Below are positions 1-9,678 of a stretch of 44,017 bases of DNA, piece after piece (position 1 is the first letter of the stretch; every line of letters starts with the position of its first letter). A program made the position numbers and the translations under genes. This DNA is from Candidatus Hodarchaeota archaeon (GTDB taxonomy: Archaea; Asgardarchaeota; Heimdallarchaeia; Hodarchaeales; Hodarchaeaceae): assembly GCA_029856365.1 (NCBI GenBank), contig JAHQWW010000025.1, forward strand, positions 1-44,017, in the 5' to 3' direction. The notes under the pieces are model-generated. The model was not told the origin of the DNA, searched no databases, and worked only from the letters and a program-made list of their open reading frames with translations.

Positions 1-151
1 TTGACTGCATTCAATTAAGATTTAATAATCATAGTATGAGTGATCCATTTGAGAAAAGAGAAATCCAAAATAACAATAATTAATTCCTATTAGTAACATT
101 TGAAAGATATGAATCTGATTTTTAGAACGGACTATAGTTGAGTGAAAAATA

Positions 152-409
152 ATGGTAAACCTTAAAATTGAAGTAATTAAGATACTGGAATCAGGAAAAT
201 GTAATTATGGTCATAAAGCGGGTGATACATTTGACTACCCTGAAGAAAAAGGGAAGCTTTGTTCAGCTGCTTGGGCAACAATGTTTCCATATTTAAGTGG
301 GTTGCAATATGGAGCAAAATATCCATGGGAAGAAGATGCTAGTAGTATCACTCTATGTTGTCCTGATTATAAGAATCCTGTAGTATTCAAGATCACACGA
401 ATCGAATAA
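152..409 (+). CDS. TIGR04076-family small Cys-containing protein
   Basis: Motifs C-x2-GHKAGD, LCSAAW and CCPDYKNPVVFKI match my recollection of this family. Confidence 0.85.
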   Translation: MVNLKIEVIKILESGKCNYGHKAGDTFDYPEEKGKLCSAAWATMFPYLSGLQYGAKYPWEEDASSITLCCPDYKNPVVFKITRIE

Positions 410-492
410 AGATTAAGATTGATATCCTAATCAAATAAATTATCAAAATATAGATATATATAGATAATCTCACCTAACTATATAAACAGCTT

Positions 493-981
493 TTGGGAAA
501 GTTAAATCTAGTGCCTCTTGATAAAGAAAAGCTAGATGCTTTACTTGAGGAGATAAAACGCCTAGAAGACAAATCTGTCATAAAACAACGAGTTACAGCT
601 CACTCTACTGGTTTAACAATCAAAGAATCTTCCTCTCCAGTAAAAAAAGATTTCTTATTAACTACCGAGAGAAAAGCGTATTTTGATATTAATAATTATT
701 ATAAATTGGTTATGTTATCTATTGATGACGCTGCCACTGCTTTTGAGATCTGGATAAAGGGTATCTTGCCTTTGTTACTCGCTAGACATGGTCTTGATCG
801 TGAGGAGTGGGAACGTATTTGTGACCTTGGGGATAGTCTTTCCCAAGTCGAAGAAGAATTAATCGAGGATTGGAAGAAATTTTTCCAAAATATTACTCAA
901 CACGGCCTTGTTGATAAAGAAATCTTGGCTTTAATCAATGAAGGGAAATTACGGGTTGAAAAAATGCGAAGAGAACGGTAA
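493..981 (+). CDS. Hypothetical helical protein, possible degenerate HEPN fold
   Basis: 162-aa ORF with TTG start downstream of a TATAAA box; AATAFEIWIK and QNITQHG resemble HEPN motifs. Confidence 0.65.
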   Translation: MGKLNLVPLDKEKLDALLEEIKRLEDKSVIKQRVTAHSTGLTIKESSSPVKKDFLLTTERKAYFDINNYYKLVMLSIDDAATAFEIWIKGILPLLLARHGLDREEWERICDLGDSLSQVEEELIEDWKKFFQNITQHGLVDKEILALINEGKLRVEKMRRER

Positions 982-1100
982 TATTATCATTTTACAAAGG
1001 ATTTTTTTCTTCTATTGATACTGGGTAAAGGGATTCCTCTCTTTCGATAATTATAAAACAATAATTATTTTAAACTTTATTTCCAAGCATTTGATAAGAT

Positions 1101-1588
1101 ATGTCTTACCCATTCTCTATATCTAAGAAAATAGATTCATTGAGATTTTTATATTCTAAATAATTTTAATTCTTAATCTTACTTTTATATTAGTTTTCCA
1201 GCTTTGCTGGGGAATTTTAAACCCATTTGATCTTTTTAGGATTCTTCTAATATTTTTTCTCTGTGCTATCCCTGCTGCTCCGAGTTCATTCGTTGTCAGT
1301 TACCTTAGTCGAGATCAACTTGAAGGTCTTCGCACGTTCATCTTTGTGGCCCTCATTTTTGGGATTATATATTTGGTTTTTTTCTCCTTTTTACTTCTAG
1401 AAATATATTTTATCCCTCCCCATGATATTTATGAACCAGTAGTTCGTGCTGGGATTTTTATCGTCTTTTTATTTTTTATTTTATTTTTTCTCTATCCTCT
1501 ATCAGTTATTTCTAGTGTTTTATCTGTTGTTTTTGGTAACCTAGGATATAAATTTCTGCTTTATAGAAATGATTCTTTGTCTTCATAA
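1101..1588 (+). pseudogene. Membrane protein split by a -1 frameshift (or sequencing error)
   Basis: ATG1101 frame reads MSYPFSISKKIDSLRFLYSK and stops at 1161-1163. The -1 frame is open from 1160 to 1588 and encodes about 5 hydrophobic segments; the junction is TCTAAATAATT. Confidence 0.5.
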
Positions 1589-1813
1589 GTACTAATTAAC
1601 ACTAAATACATCCACAAATTTATATTGATGTCAAATTGGTCAAAAAAAGTAATCAAATATTTTTCAAAAGTGTCAGATGATAATAGTATTAAGTGAAAAC
1701 CTCTAAAATGGGAGATTACCAGCCAATTCCACGCGAAATAGAGCAATAAAGTATTTACCAAACACGATATCACCCAATTTTACCAGGACATACATATAAG
1801 TTGAAAAATCGAG

Positions 1814-1933
1814 ATGGTGAATAAGCTAGAAATCCAGTAGTTGATTGATCAAAATAGGTTCAATGAAGTATTAATGATTATTGATAATTTGGAGACTATC
1901 AGTGACCTTGATCTGGAATCGATCCGTGTATAA
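1814..1933 (+). pseudogene. Possible relic 5' end of a helical-repeat (TPR-like) gene
   Basis: MVNKLEIQ*LIDQNRFNEVLMIIDNLETISDLDLESIRV* with an in-frame TAG at 1838-1840; amphipathic helical pattern. Confidence 0.3.
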
Positions 1934-1990
1934 GTTCCTCCAAAGTTCTCATACGTAAAATACAAGAAGATTAGAATAATGGAAAAGTTG

Positions 1991-3187
1991 TTAGAGAACT
2001 TTTTTTCGTTTATTACTACTATATATTCCTGTTTTCTTTTTCTTCAACAAAATAACTGTTCCTGCTAAAAGAGTGGGTATCCAATCGACCCCTGATGTAC
2101 TGTGAACTTTGTTATTGCCAATCTCGATCCATGTATTCGTTGATGCGCTAGAATTATAAACCCAAAGGTCATTCAGGAAGATATCTTCGCTTTTCATCCC
2201 CCCAAAAAGGATTAAAAACTGGTTATTGGGATGATAAACCATTGAATGAAGATATCTAGGATCAGGACGGTTCAAAGGATCCACTTTAACCCAATTATCA
2301 CTAGATAAGTCATATACCCAAGTGTCCTCCATAGATCCATCATTACTCGATCCTCCGAAGAGTATAGTTTTCTTAATATGAGCATCATACGCCATAGTGT
2401 GGCCGAATCTGGCATTCGGTTTGGATATTGAGCTCATTTCTTCCCAAGTATTATTTGAAATATCATATACCCAAGTATCATCTGTGATTGAATCATACGC
2501 CCCATATCCCCCAAATAGAATGATTTTTCTATTATCTGAATCTAAGCTCATCGCATGAATACTCTTCGAAGGTGGGCTCAAATCTGGGATAATCTGATCC
2601 CATTGGTTACTCTGGTAATCATAAGTCCACATATCTCGTTGTTGTGCTCCCCAACTATTTCCCCCGAAAAGAATTACCTTCTGGTTATCTGGGTCATAAA
2701 CCATTGTGTGAGTATGTCTAGGAGATGGGGTATTTTCTGGTTTCATTTCTTTCCAAGAATTATCGGTAAGATCAAAAACCCATGTGTCGTTTAGGCACCC
2801 AGATTCGTTGTATCCTCCGAAAAGAATCATCTTCTCGTTGGAACTATCATAAACCATTGCATGAGTCCATCTTGCACTTGGTTTAAGTTCGAGACTCACT
2901 TGTGTCCAAATCTTGTTTTTAAAGTCATAAAACCAAGTATCATCCAGAAAATTCTCCCCATCATATCCACCAAAGAGGAATATCTTTTGAGATTCGACAT
3001 CAAAGGCTAGAATGTGGCCAGATCTGCTAGTTGGTGGGTTTGTTGAGCTGAATGTGATAGTAACAGTATCAGTTATTCTATTAGTAAAACTAAGAGATAA
3101 ACCAAGAATTAATACAGTTAGAAGAAAAATTTGGGTTATTCTCATTAAGCGAGGATCTCTTTGAGTATATAAAAGGATTATTTTCAA
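1991..3187 (-). CDS. Secreted Kelch-repeat beta-propeller with C-terminal TM/basic sorting tail
   Basis: Six repeats of P-x-R-x2-H-x-M-x-YD...ILFGG...DTW-x-YD...W; N-terminal hydrophobic signal (likely start ATG 3145); tail STSGVDWIPTLLAGTVILLKKKK. Confidence 0.9.
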   Translation of the reverse strand: MKIILLYTQRDPRLMRITQIFLLTVLILGLSLSFTNRITDTVTITFSSTNPPTSRSGHILAFDVESQKIFLFGGYDGENFLDDTWFYDFKNKIWTQVSLELKPSARWTHAMVYDSSNEKMILFGGYNESGCLNDTWVFDLTDNSWKEMKPENTPSPRHTHTMVYDPDNQKVILFGGNSWGAQQRDMWTYDYQSNQWDQIIPDLSPPSKSIHAMSLDSDNRKIILFGGYGAYDSITDDTWVYDISNNTWEEMSSISKPNARFGHTMAYDAHIKKTILFGGSSNDGSMEDTWVYDLSSDNWVKVDPLNRPDPRYLHSMVYHPNNQFLILFGGMKSEDIFLNDLWVYNSSASTNTWIEIGNNKVHSTSGVDWIPTLLAGTVILLKKKKTGIYSSNKRKKVL

Positions 3188-3264
3188 TGCAATTTATTAT
3201 TACTATGAATCTCCATTAGAATGTGTAAGATCTTGATAACATATAACTACATGAATATGTAATA

Positions 3265-3293
3265 TATAAGAAGGGGAAGAAAGGTAAAATAGA
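3265..3293 (-). terminator. Pyrimidine/T-rich archaeal terminator after AOR
   Basis: Minus strand TCTATTTTTACCTTTCTTCCCCTTCTT immediately follows the stop codon. Confidence 0.45.
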
Positions 3294-5477
3294 TTACTGG
3301 TAAGGCGTAACTGTTGCAATAACATCGCTATAATCAATGTTTAATTCTTTTATTTTAGCAATAGTAGGACAACCTAGTTTACTCCATCCTCGGCGCTCGT
3401 ATGCTGCATCTTGAAGTCTAGCATAATTATCTTCGCGATATTTTCTAAGCATTCTCATTTTTTCTTCTGTGGTTTTTCCAATGGGATCTTCTCCAATCTC
3501 TTCTTTAATCTGTTTATCATACCGTTCTCTACGGCTTTCATATTCTTCCCTTGTGACAGGACCCATTGCTCGATATGGGAGATTGGAGTCACTCTCCCTA
3601 AGCCCTTTCCCTTGTCGAACATTGAGAATGCGCTGGAAATTATATACTCGTTCTGACATCTTAATAAGATCATTAGGTGTCGATTTCCTCCCAGTTACAC
3701 CGCTGAAGTATTCAGCATACCAATTTACGTGTTTAGGAATTTTTGCTCTGGCATTAGGGAGTGTCAAAGGCTTCTGTGGATTATCATTATTGTCAGGGGG
3801 GACAACGTCATTCCAAGGCAATTTACAGAGACCATTAAGTCCGAACCAAGTCCTCCAGAATGGGAACCATGCTAAGGCCTCAGCTTTATCCTCAAATGTG
3901 GGAAGATTCCCCCGAACGGAATCCTCGAAAATAAGCCACGCTTCATCATGTTGTGGTCCTTTCAAAGTCAATCCATAACCTCCCTGCTGAGCTAGAGATT
4001 CTTTTGTTACATATTCTGAGAACTCTAGTCCTTTATGCTCCATTCCAATATCTTGAAGGAACTGAGGGTCACCACCATATTTCTCAGCAAATGTTTTCTT
4101 CATTTCAGCAATCCCTTGACCAACAATAACTCCAAATCCCTCCCCTTGGGCCATTTGATGAATTAAATCTAGCGCTGCTTCTGCATTTCCAAAGTTTAGT
4201 TCAAGACCTCCTGTAATCTCCTTGGTTAAGATTCCAGCTTCATAACACTCCATTACGAAAGCTATTCCAGTTCCTACTGATATAGTATCCAATCCATATG
4301 TGTCACAATAAAAATTAGCTTCCAGAACCCATTTTGGATCCCACACACCCCAATTACTCCCGCAGCCAGCGATTGTTTCATATTCAGGACCATCTACATG
4401 TACCTCCTGATTTTTGAAGGGTCCTGAAAGGACTTTGTGGTCTTTAGAAATGTGACTACATGCAATAGTACAACCAATCCAACAACCATCAGTCCCCTTT
4501 CCAGTATCAGTATAAACTGATCGCATAACATCACGAGTGTAGGGGAACTGTTCCCCTTTCAAATCTTTGTGAGCACCGTATCGAAAATTTTCTGTAGGGA
4601 GGAGATCAAAATCATTCATGATTTCAGGGAGATGGCCTGTACCAACTATTCGCATTTCATTTTGTTTAGGATCATTTTTGATGATTTCAAGATTATGCTT
4701 TTTTCCAACATTTTTTGCTATATCAAGATGTGAGGGGTTATTTATCTTTGAATCCACTTTAGGAGAGCGACATACAAGAGCTTTAAGGTGTTTATCTCTG
4801 AAAACAGTTCCAATGCCCCCTCTTCCAGCCTGTTTGCAGCTAGCCCATTGACGTTTCTTATTATACCACGAAAAATTCAGGCATCCCCATTTAGTATGTT
4901 TAGCTCCATTTCCAGTCGAAACCACACTTACACGATGCTTTTCCATATGAGATGAATTTACCGCGTACTTCTCTGTTAATTGCTGGGTTAATAGATGTGA
5001 TTCATCAGGAAGATCTTCAACTTCTTCGACCCTAACTACTCCCTCGTCTCCATTTATAAAAATAACAACGTCTTTTTCTGCTTTTCCTTGAATTTCAATT
5101 GCATCGAAGCCCGAAAATTTGGCATAAGGACCAAAATATCCACCCACATTGCTATCAATCACTATTCCTGTTAAGGGGGATATTGTTGTAACAATAGACT
5201 TCCCTGATCCAGGATAATAAGTACTACCCCCTAGGGGGCCAGAAGCAATGCAGATAACATTTTCAGGGTCATCCCATTTAGTTGGATGGTCTTTTGGTAA
5301 GGAATTCCACATCAACCATAGATCAAATCCTTTTCCTCCGACGAATTTCTCCTTCATTTCATCGGTAACAGGATTAATTTTTATTTCATTGGAAGTTAAG
5401 TTGATATATAATGTCCTATTTGCATAACCTTTTTCAATTGGTTTCAATTTATACGAAAGTTCTGAAAGAGTAGCCAT
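3294..5477 (-). CDS. aor: Aldehyde:ferredoxin oxidoreductase family (tungstopterin) enzyme, long form
   Basis: SPLTG...DSNVGGYFG, AGRGGIG, GCWIGCTIAC, GPEYET, CDTYGLDTIS and GLCK motifs. Confidence 0.95.
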   Translation of the reverse strand: MATLSELSYKLKPIEKGYANRTLYINLTSNEIKINPVTDEMKEKFVGGKGFDLWLMWNSLPKDHPTKWDDPENVICIASGPLGGSTYYPGSGKSIVTTISPLTGIVIDSNVGGYFGPYAKFSGFDAIEIQGKAEKDVVIFINGDEGVVRVEEVEDLPDESHLLTQQLTEKYAVNSSHMEKHRVSVVSTGNGAKHTKWGCLNFSWYNKKRQWASCKQAGRGGIGTVFRDKHLKALVCRSPKVDSKINNPSHLDIAKNVGKKHNLEIIKNDPKQNEMRIVGTGHLPEIMNDFDLLPTENFRYGAHKDLKGEQFPYTRDVMRSVYTDTGKGTDGCWIGCTIACSHISKDHKVLSGPFKNQEVHVDGPEYETIAGCGSNWGVWDPKWVLEANFYCDTYGLDTISVGTGIAFVMECYEAGILTKEITGGLELNFGNAEAALDLIHQMAQGEGFGVIVGQGIAEMKKTFAEKYGGDPQFLQDIGMEHKGLEFSEYVTKESLAQQGGYGLTLKGPQHDEAWLIFEDSVRGNLPTFEDKAEALAWFPFWRTWFGLNGLCKLPWNDVVPPDNNDNPQKPLTLPNARAKIPKHVNWYAEYFSGVTGRKSTPNDLIKMSERVYNFQRILNVRQGKGLRESDSNLPYRAMGPVTREEYESRRERYDKQIKEEIGEDPIGKTTEEKMRMLRKYREDNYARLQDAAYERRGWSKLGCPTIAKIKELNIDYSDVIATVTPYQ

Positions 5478-5580
5478 TTTTGTTTTCCTCCATTAAAAAC
5501 AGAATAACACTAGATACTAGGAGCAGAGAGGGTTCATGCACCCAATTTAAATAAAACTATATTAATTTGATTCTCAAAAG

Positions 5581-6408
5581 GTGAAATCAAAAATGAGCAA
5601 AATACAGAGACATCAACATGAACTAAAACTACTCTTTTCTGAACTTGTTCAAAATAACGATAATAAAAACCTGACTGATTATTTAATGTCAAATAGCAAT
5701 TTACCAGGTCGTAGAGCGAATCTAGAGTTAGCTAAAGCCTTTACAAATATCGTTGAAAAAAATTGGAACGATAATGAGACCCTTTTGTGGGATTTAATCA
5801 CTTCACTAATTACTATCACTCCAAATCAAGCTCCCGCAGATAATCCTCAAGAATTTCTCCCTTTCTGCGCTACATGGGCACTCGGAACCATAGGAGCTAT
5901 TTCAGAGATCCATTTTAATGACGCTTTATATCATTTGAAAGCACTAGCAGATGATTCACGTTGGCGTATTAGAGAGACTGTTACAAAAGGCATTCAAGAA
6001 CTCATTTTGGTTAAAAGGGATGAAACAATGGATGAAATTAAGAAATGGATATTAAAGGGTAAATATCTTTCAATGAGAGCCGTAGTAACAGGAGTAGCTG
6101 AGCCAGACTTACTTCAAGATGATCAGATAAGGAAACAAGCACTAGAACTTCACAAAGAGGTTCTTACTCAAGTAAAGACGTGCACTAATAGAAAATTGGA
6201 AGAATTCAAAGTTCTAAGGAAAGGATTAGCATATTCATTAAGTGTGGTTGTTCAAGCGATTCCAGAGGAAGGTTTCAAGCATTTGGAAGAGTTAATAGTA
6301 TCTCAAGATGAAGCTATTTTGTGGATTCTTAAGCAGAATTTAAAAAAGAATAGATTGATTAAGAATTATCCATCCAAAGTCAAGGAACTGACTAAAAAGC
6401 TAAAATGA
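5581..6408 (+). CDS. HEAT-repeat protein (AlkC/AlkD-like helical repeat)
   Basis: ADDSRWRIRE, SNLPGRRANLELA and WILKQNLKKNRL; all-helical pattern; likely start ATG 5593. Confidence 0.7.
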   Translation: MKSKMSKIQRHQHELKLLFSELVQNNDNKNLTDYLMSNSNLPGRRANLELAKAFTNIVEKNWNDNETLLWDLITSLITITPNQAPADNPQEFLPFCATWALGTIGAISEIHFNDALYHLKALADDSRWRIRETVTKGIQELILVKRDETMDEIKKWILKGKYLSMRAVVTGVAEPDLLQDDQIRKQALELHKEVLTQVKTCTNRKLEEFKVLRKGLAYSLSVVVQAIPEEGFKHLEELIVSQDEAILWILKQNLKKNRLIKNYPSKVKELTKKLK

Positions 6409-6438
6409 TAGTAAATCACGGACTTCGTGTACCTCCTC

Positions 6439-6579
6439 CTATAGGGGGATATAATCAGTACCTAACGAATAACAGCATGTCTTTTTGATTTCTTCTGACT
6501 CAATTTTTGATAGAGAGCATTCTAAACGGTTACAACCATGACCTCTACAATGCCCTTCAGGGCATATACCGACATTCAT
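6439..6579 (-). CDS. Possible small Cys/His-rich protein (46 aa), or a decayed fragment
   Basis: MNVGICPEGHCRGHGCNRLEC...TCCY (6 Cys) with AGGAGA upstream. Confidence 0.3.
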   Translation of the reverse strand: MNVGICPEGHCRGHGCNRLECSLSKIESEEIKKTCCYSLGTDYIPL

Positions 6580-6616
6580 ACGTTCATAATCTCCTAAAAC
6601 AATAACATAGAAGCTA

Positions 6617-6638
6617 CATTGAAGCTTGAGCTTCAATG
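6617..6638. repeat. Perfect 10-bp inverted repeat
   Basis: CATTGAAGCT-TG-AGCTTCAATG. Confidence 0.9.
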
Positions 6639-6669
6639 GTTGTTTTTGGCCCTTTTATTATTAGATATT

Positions 6670-6702
6670 GAGAGTCAATCTTGTGATTTCAAAAAGACTC
6701 TC
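6670..6702. repeat. 7-bp inverted repeat with 19-nt loop
   Basis: GAGAGTC...GACTCTC. Confidence 0.75.
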
Positions 6703-6744
6703 GTATAATTTTCAGTTTTTCACAATATATTACTATGAATGAGC

Positions 6745-8172
6745 TCAATATCGTGATTTTCCCCAAAAGCCCTTCGGAATTTCTAGATACTTTTCAAGTT
6801 GCCCTCGTGCAATTGCATTCTCTGCCTCTTCTTGAGCTGATTCGAGGATTGAGTTCTCATTCACCTTTTTTACTGAAGAATTTTCCATAAGAATTTCCCC
6901 CTCTACTATAACAGTCTCAACATCCTGTCCAGAAACCTCATAAGCAACTCGTTGAGGAATCATGAAAAATGGTACGAGATGGGGTTTCATCATGTCAATT
7001 ATTATAATATCGGCTTTTTTCCCTAACTCAAGCGAACCTAAATCGTTTTCATATCCTAGTGTTTTCGCAGCATCAACTGTAACCATTTCTAAAACTTTTC
7101 CCGGGGGCATGAATGATTCGTCTTTGAAAAAAGTTCTATGAATAGTCATGGCCATTCGTAATTCTTTGAATAAGTCAAATGTACGGTCTGGAGAAGATCC
7201 ATCTGTTGCGATGGAAACAGTTACTCCAGCATCCAATAATTCCACAACAGGACATTGAATAGGAATAATACTTCGTGCACTCGGAGCGTGACACACTTTT
7301 GTATCAGTTTTAGCTAAAATATGAATCTCTTCTTTTAAAAGCCCTGTGCAGTGAACTAGACTCACATGTGGGCCCAATAAATCAAGTTTATCAGCAGCAA
7401 ATTTAATTTGAGGGGAATAAGCATGACAATGCAACTTTAAGTTCCATTTTTCAATAACATGTTTCATCGCTTCGACTTTTTCTTCAACATCAGGAAGATC
7501 TCTAACTCTACCATCTTTAGTCAAGGAACCAATAGTGATTGAAGGTGGAGACATAGTACAATCTATTCTATGATTTAATTTCTTCACCTTTTGAATTATG
7601 TCTTCTGTTACTTCAAGATTCCGTTCAAAGGATGCATAGACTTCTTTAGAGACATTTCCTTTCCATTCTACATATTTATTCGGATATGGAGGTCTTCCAG
7701 GTCCTAAAGCTAATATATCACGGATTCCGATTTTACTGACTCCTTCACAGTGTTTTATCCCATAAATTGGATCATCTGTCCTTGCACATGAACCAAGATA
7801 TGAAACTCCACATGTCACACCAAATTTCAATCTCTCTAAAGCAGCTAGTTTCCCATCAATGTACCAATAATCAGGAGTAGTTCCTTCTTTGTAAAAATTC
7901 TCTACGATTGAAACCCAATCATCGCCCACATTTTCAGCAACAGTTTTTATAAGGCTATGGCCAGCATGTCCATGTGTATCAATTAAGCCAGGCATGATGA
8001 CTTTTCTTGAAGCATCAATTATTCTTCTGGCGTTATATTTACTATTCAGCTCCGTAGTTGTACCAATATCAAAAATACGTCCTTTCTCAATAGCAATGGC
8101 ACCATCGTATATGATTCGTCTTTGAATGTCCATTGTGAGTAAGGTTCCATGGAGAATCATTAAATCTACCAT
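6745..8172 (-). CDS. Metal-dependent amidohydrolase (MTA/SAH deaminase, AtzA/TRZ family)
   Basis: MPGLIDTHGH, LHCHA, SLVHC, ATDG and GSLELGKKADII. Confidence 0.9.
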   Translation of the reverse strand: MVDLMILHGTLLTMDIQRRIIYDGAIAIEKGRIFDIGTTTELNSKYNARRIIDASRKVIMPGLIDTHGHAGHSLIKTVAENVGDDWVSIVENFYKEGTTPDYWYIDGKLAALERLKFGVTCGVSYLGSCARTDDPIYGIKHCEGVSKIGIRDILALGPGRPPYPNKYVEWKGNVSKEVYASFERNLEVTEDIIQKVKKLNHRIDCTMSPPSITIGSLTKDGRVRDLPDVEEKVEAMKHVIEKWNLKLHCHAYSPQIKFAADKLDLLGPHVSLVHCTGLLKEEIHILAKTDTKVCHAPSARSIIPIQCPVVELLDAGVTVSIATDGSSPDRTFDLFKELRMAMTIHRTFFKDESFMPPGKVLEMVTVDAAKTLGYENDLGSLELGKKADIIIIDMMKPHLVPFFMIPQRVAYEVSGQDVETVIVEGEILMENSSVKKVNENSILESAQEEAENAIARGQLEKYLEIPKGFWGKSRY

Positions 8173-8217
8173 TTATAACCTCTCAATATTATGATATGAC
8201 ACGCGAGAACACGTCGA

Positions 8218-8523
8218 TCAGGGGTATTTCAAACCTCCGCCCACAGGTGGGACACAAGTTATATTGTCCCCGTCCTTAACTTCTTCATCAAGACCTTTGA
8301 GCGATTCTATATCTCTCCCATTTAAAAGAATGTGAAAATGACTTTTTATCCTCTCTGTATCTAGATGTACCATATGCCTCAATACAGATTTTCCAACTTG
8401 TGTCTCTAAAGTGATTAATACTTCCCGAATTGTTGTTCCTTTTACATGAAAGACTTTTTTTCCAGCCCAGTGTTCTAGGGGGCCATAGAAAGTGACTGTT
8501 ACAGTCATAATTGAATCCACCAA
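8218..8523 (-). CDS. MoaD/SAMP ubiquitin-like sulfur carrier with C-terminal extension
   Basis: ILLNGRDI...L-x3-VKDGD-x-I-x3-PPVGGG followed by LKYP; likely start ATG 8508. Confidence 0.9.
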   Translation of the reverse strand: MVDSIMTVTVTFYGPLEHWAGKKVFHVKGTTIREVLITLETQVGKSVLRHMVHLDTERIKSHFHILLNGRDIESLKGLDEEVKDGDNITCVPPVGGGLKYP

Positions 8524-8550
8524 TTCTGGGCTGCCATAAAAAGGGAAAAA

Positions 8551-9678
8551 TTAAGGTATTTTCTTTACAACTTCCTTTGCTACTTCTAATGTGGTATTAG
8601 AACCCCCCATGTCGTAAGTTTTAACTTTTCCTTCCTTTATTACTGTAGCAATTCCATGTTCGATATTTTTCGCGATTTCTAAGAGAGAGCGATCACCTTT
8701 AGCTCCTAGCCATTCTAGCATTAATTTTGCAGATAAAAATGCTGCAGTCGGATTAACCTTGTATTGACCCGCATACTTAGGAGCAGATCCATGTGTTGGT
8801 TCGAAAAGACCATAAACATCCCCGTTTGTTGAGGCACTAGATGCAAATCCTAATCCTCCTACTAACTGAGCAGCAAGGTCGCTAATGATATCACCAAACA
8901 TATTTGTAGTAACCATTACCCCATAATCTTGAGGATTCTTGATTAACCACATGCACATTGCATCAATATTTGTTTCCCACATTTCGACCTCAGGATAATC
9001 TTTAGCTACTTCAAAAGCGATTCGTCGAAACATACCACACGTTTGACGAATCACATTGGCTTTATGTATCACAGTAACGGTAGGATATCCAAATTTCTTC
9101 GCATATTCGAAGGCTGTGATCAAAATTCTACGACAACCCTTTTCAGTAAAGACCCGACATGAAACAGTGGTTTTTTCAGGATCAAAATTCTTGAATTTTT
9201 CTAATGAAGCAAGCTGTTTAAATTCTTCACCACTATCGTATTCAATCCCTGAATAAAGACCTTCAGTGTTCTCTCTAAATGTGATAAGATCTATATCATT
9301 CCGATAGTTGAGAGGATTCCCTGGATAAGCTTTGGTTGGCCGCATATTCGAATATAAATCGAAGATTTGGCGTAAACGTACAATGGGTGAACGATATGGA
9401 ATCCCAAATTTTTGAACTGTCTTAACCACTTCTGGATCTGTTGTTGGGCGAGAGGTGATCGCACCAAATAAGGCAGCGTCTGTCTCTTTCATTCCCTCTA
9501 CTGTACGCTCAGGAAGGGGGTCTCCTTCAGCCTTAAATATATCAAATCCAATATCGAGGGAAACATATTCCGCATCGAAGCTGGTGGCGTCGAGGACAAT
9601 TCGGGCTGCTTCTAAGACATCTTTGCCGATTCCATCACCAGGCATATACGCAATCTTGTATTTAGTCATAGTCTCCAC
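8551..9678 (-). CDS. Isocitrate/isopropylmalate dehydrogenase family protein (HICDH-like substrate motif)
   Basis: PGDGIG, SPIVRLRQ, RENTEGLY, HKANV, NMFGDIISD and FEPTHGSAPKYAG. Confidence 0.93.
   Translation of the reverse strand: METMTKYKIAYMPGDGIGKDVLEAARIVLDATSFDAEYVSLDIGFDIFKAEGDPLPERTVEGMKETDAALFGAITSRPTTDPEVVKTVQKFGIPYRSPIVRLRQIFDLYSNMRPTKAYPGNPLNYRNDIDLITFRENTEGLYSGIEYDSGEEFKQLASLEKFKNFDPEKTTVSCRVFTEKGCRRILITAFEYAKKFGYPTVTVIHKANVIRQTCGMFRRIAFEVAKDYPEVEMWETNIDAMCMWLIKNPQDYGVMVTTNMFGDIISDLAAQLVGGLGFASSASTNGDVYGLFEPTHGSAPKYAGQYKVNPTAAFLSAKLMLEWLGAKGDRSLLEIAKNIEHGIATVIKEGKVKTYDMGGSNTTLEVAKEVVKKIP

Noticed and set aside
3411-4851. Antisense or alternate-frame ORFs inside aor (3411-3656, 3455-3673, 3469-3978, 4618-4851) and similar shadows in other genes
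   Set aside because: Fully overlap well-supported CDSs and carry no motifs; typical codon-bias shadows
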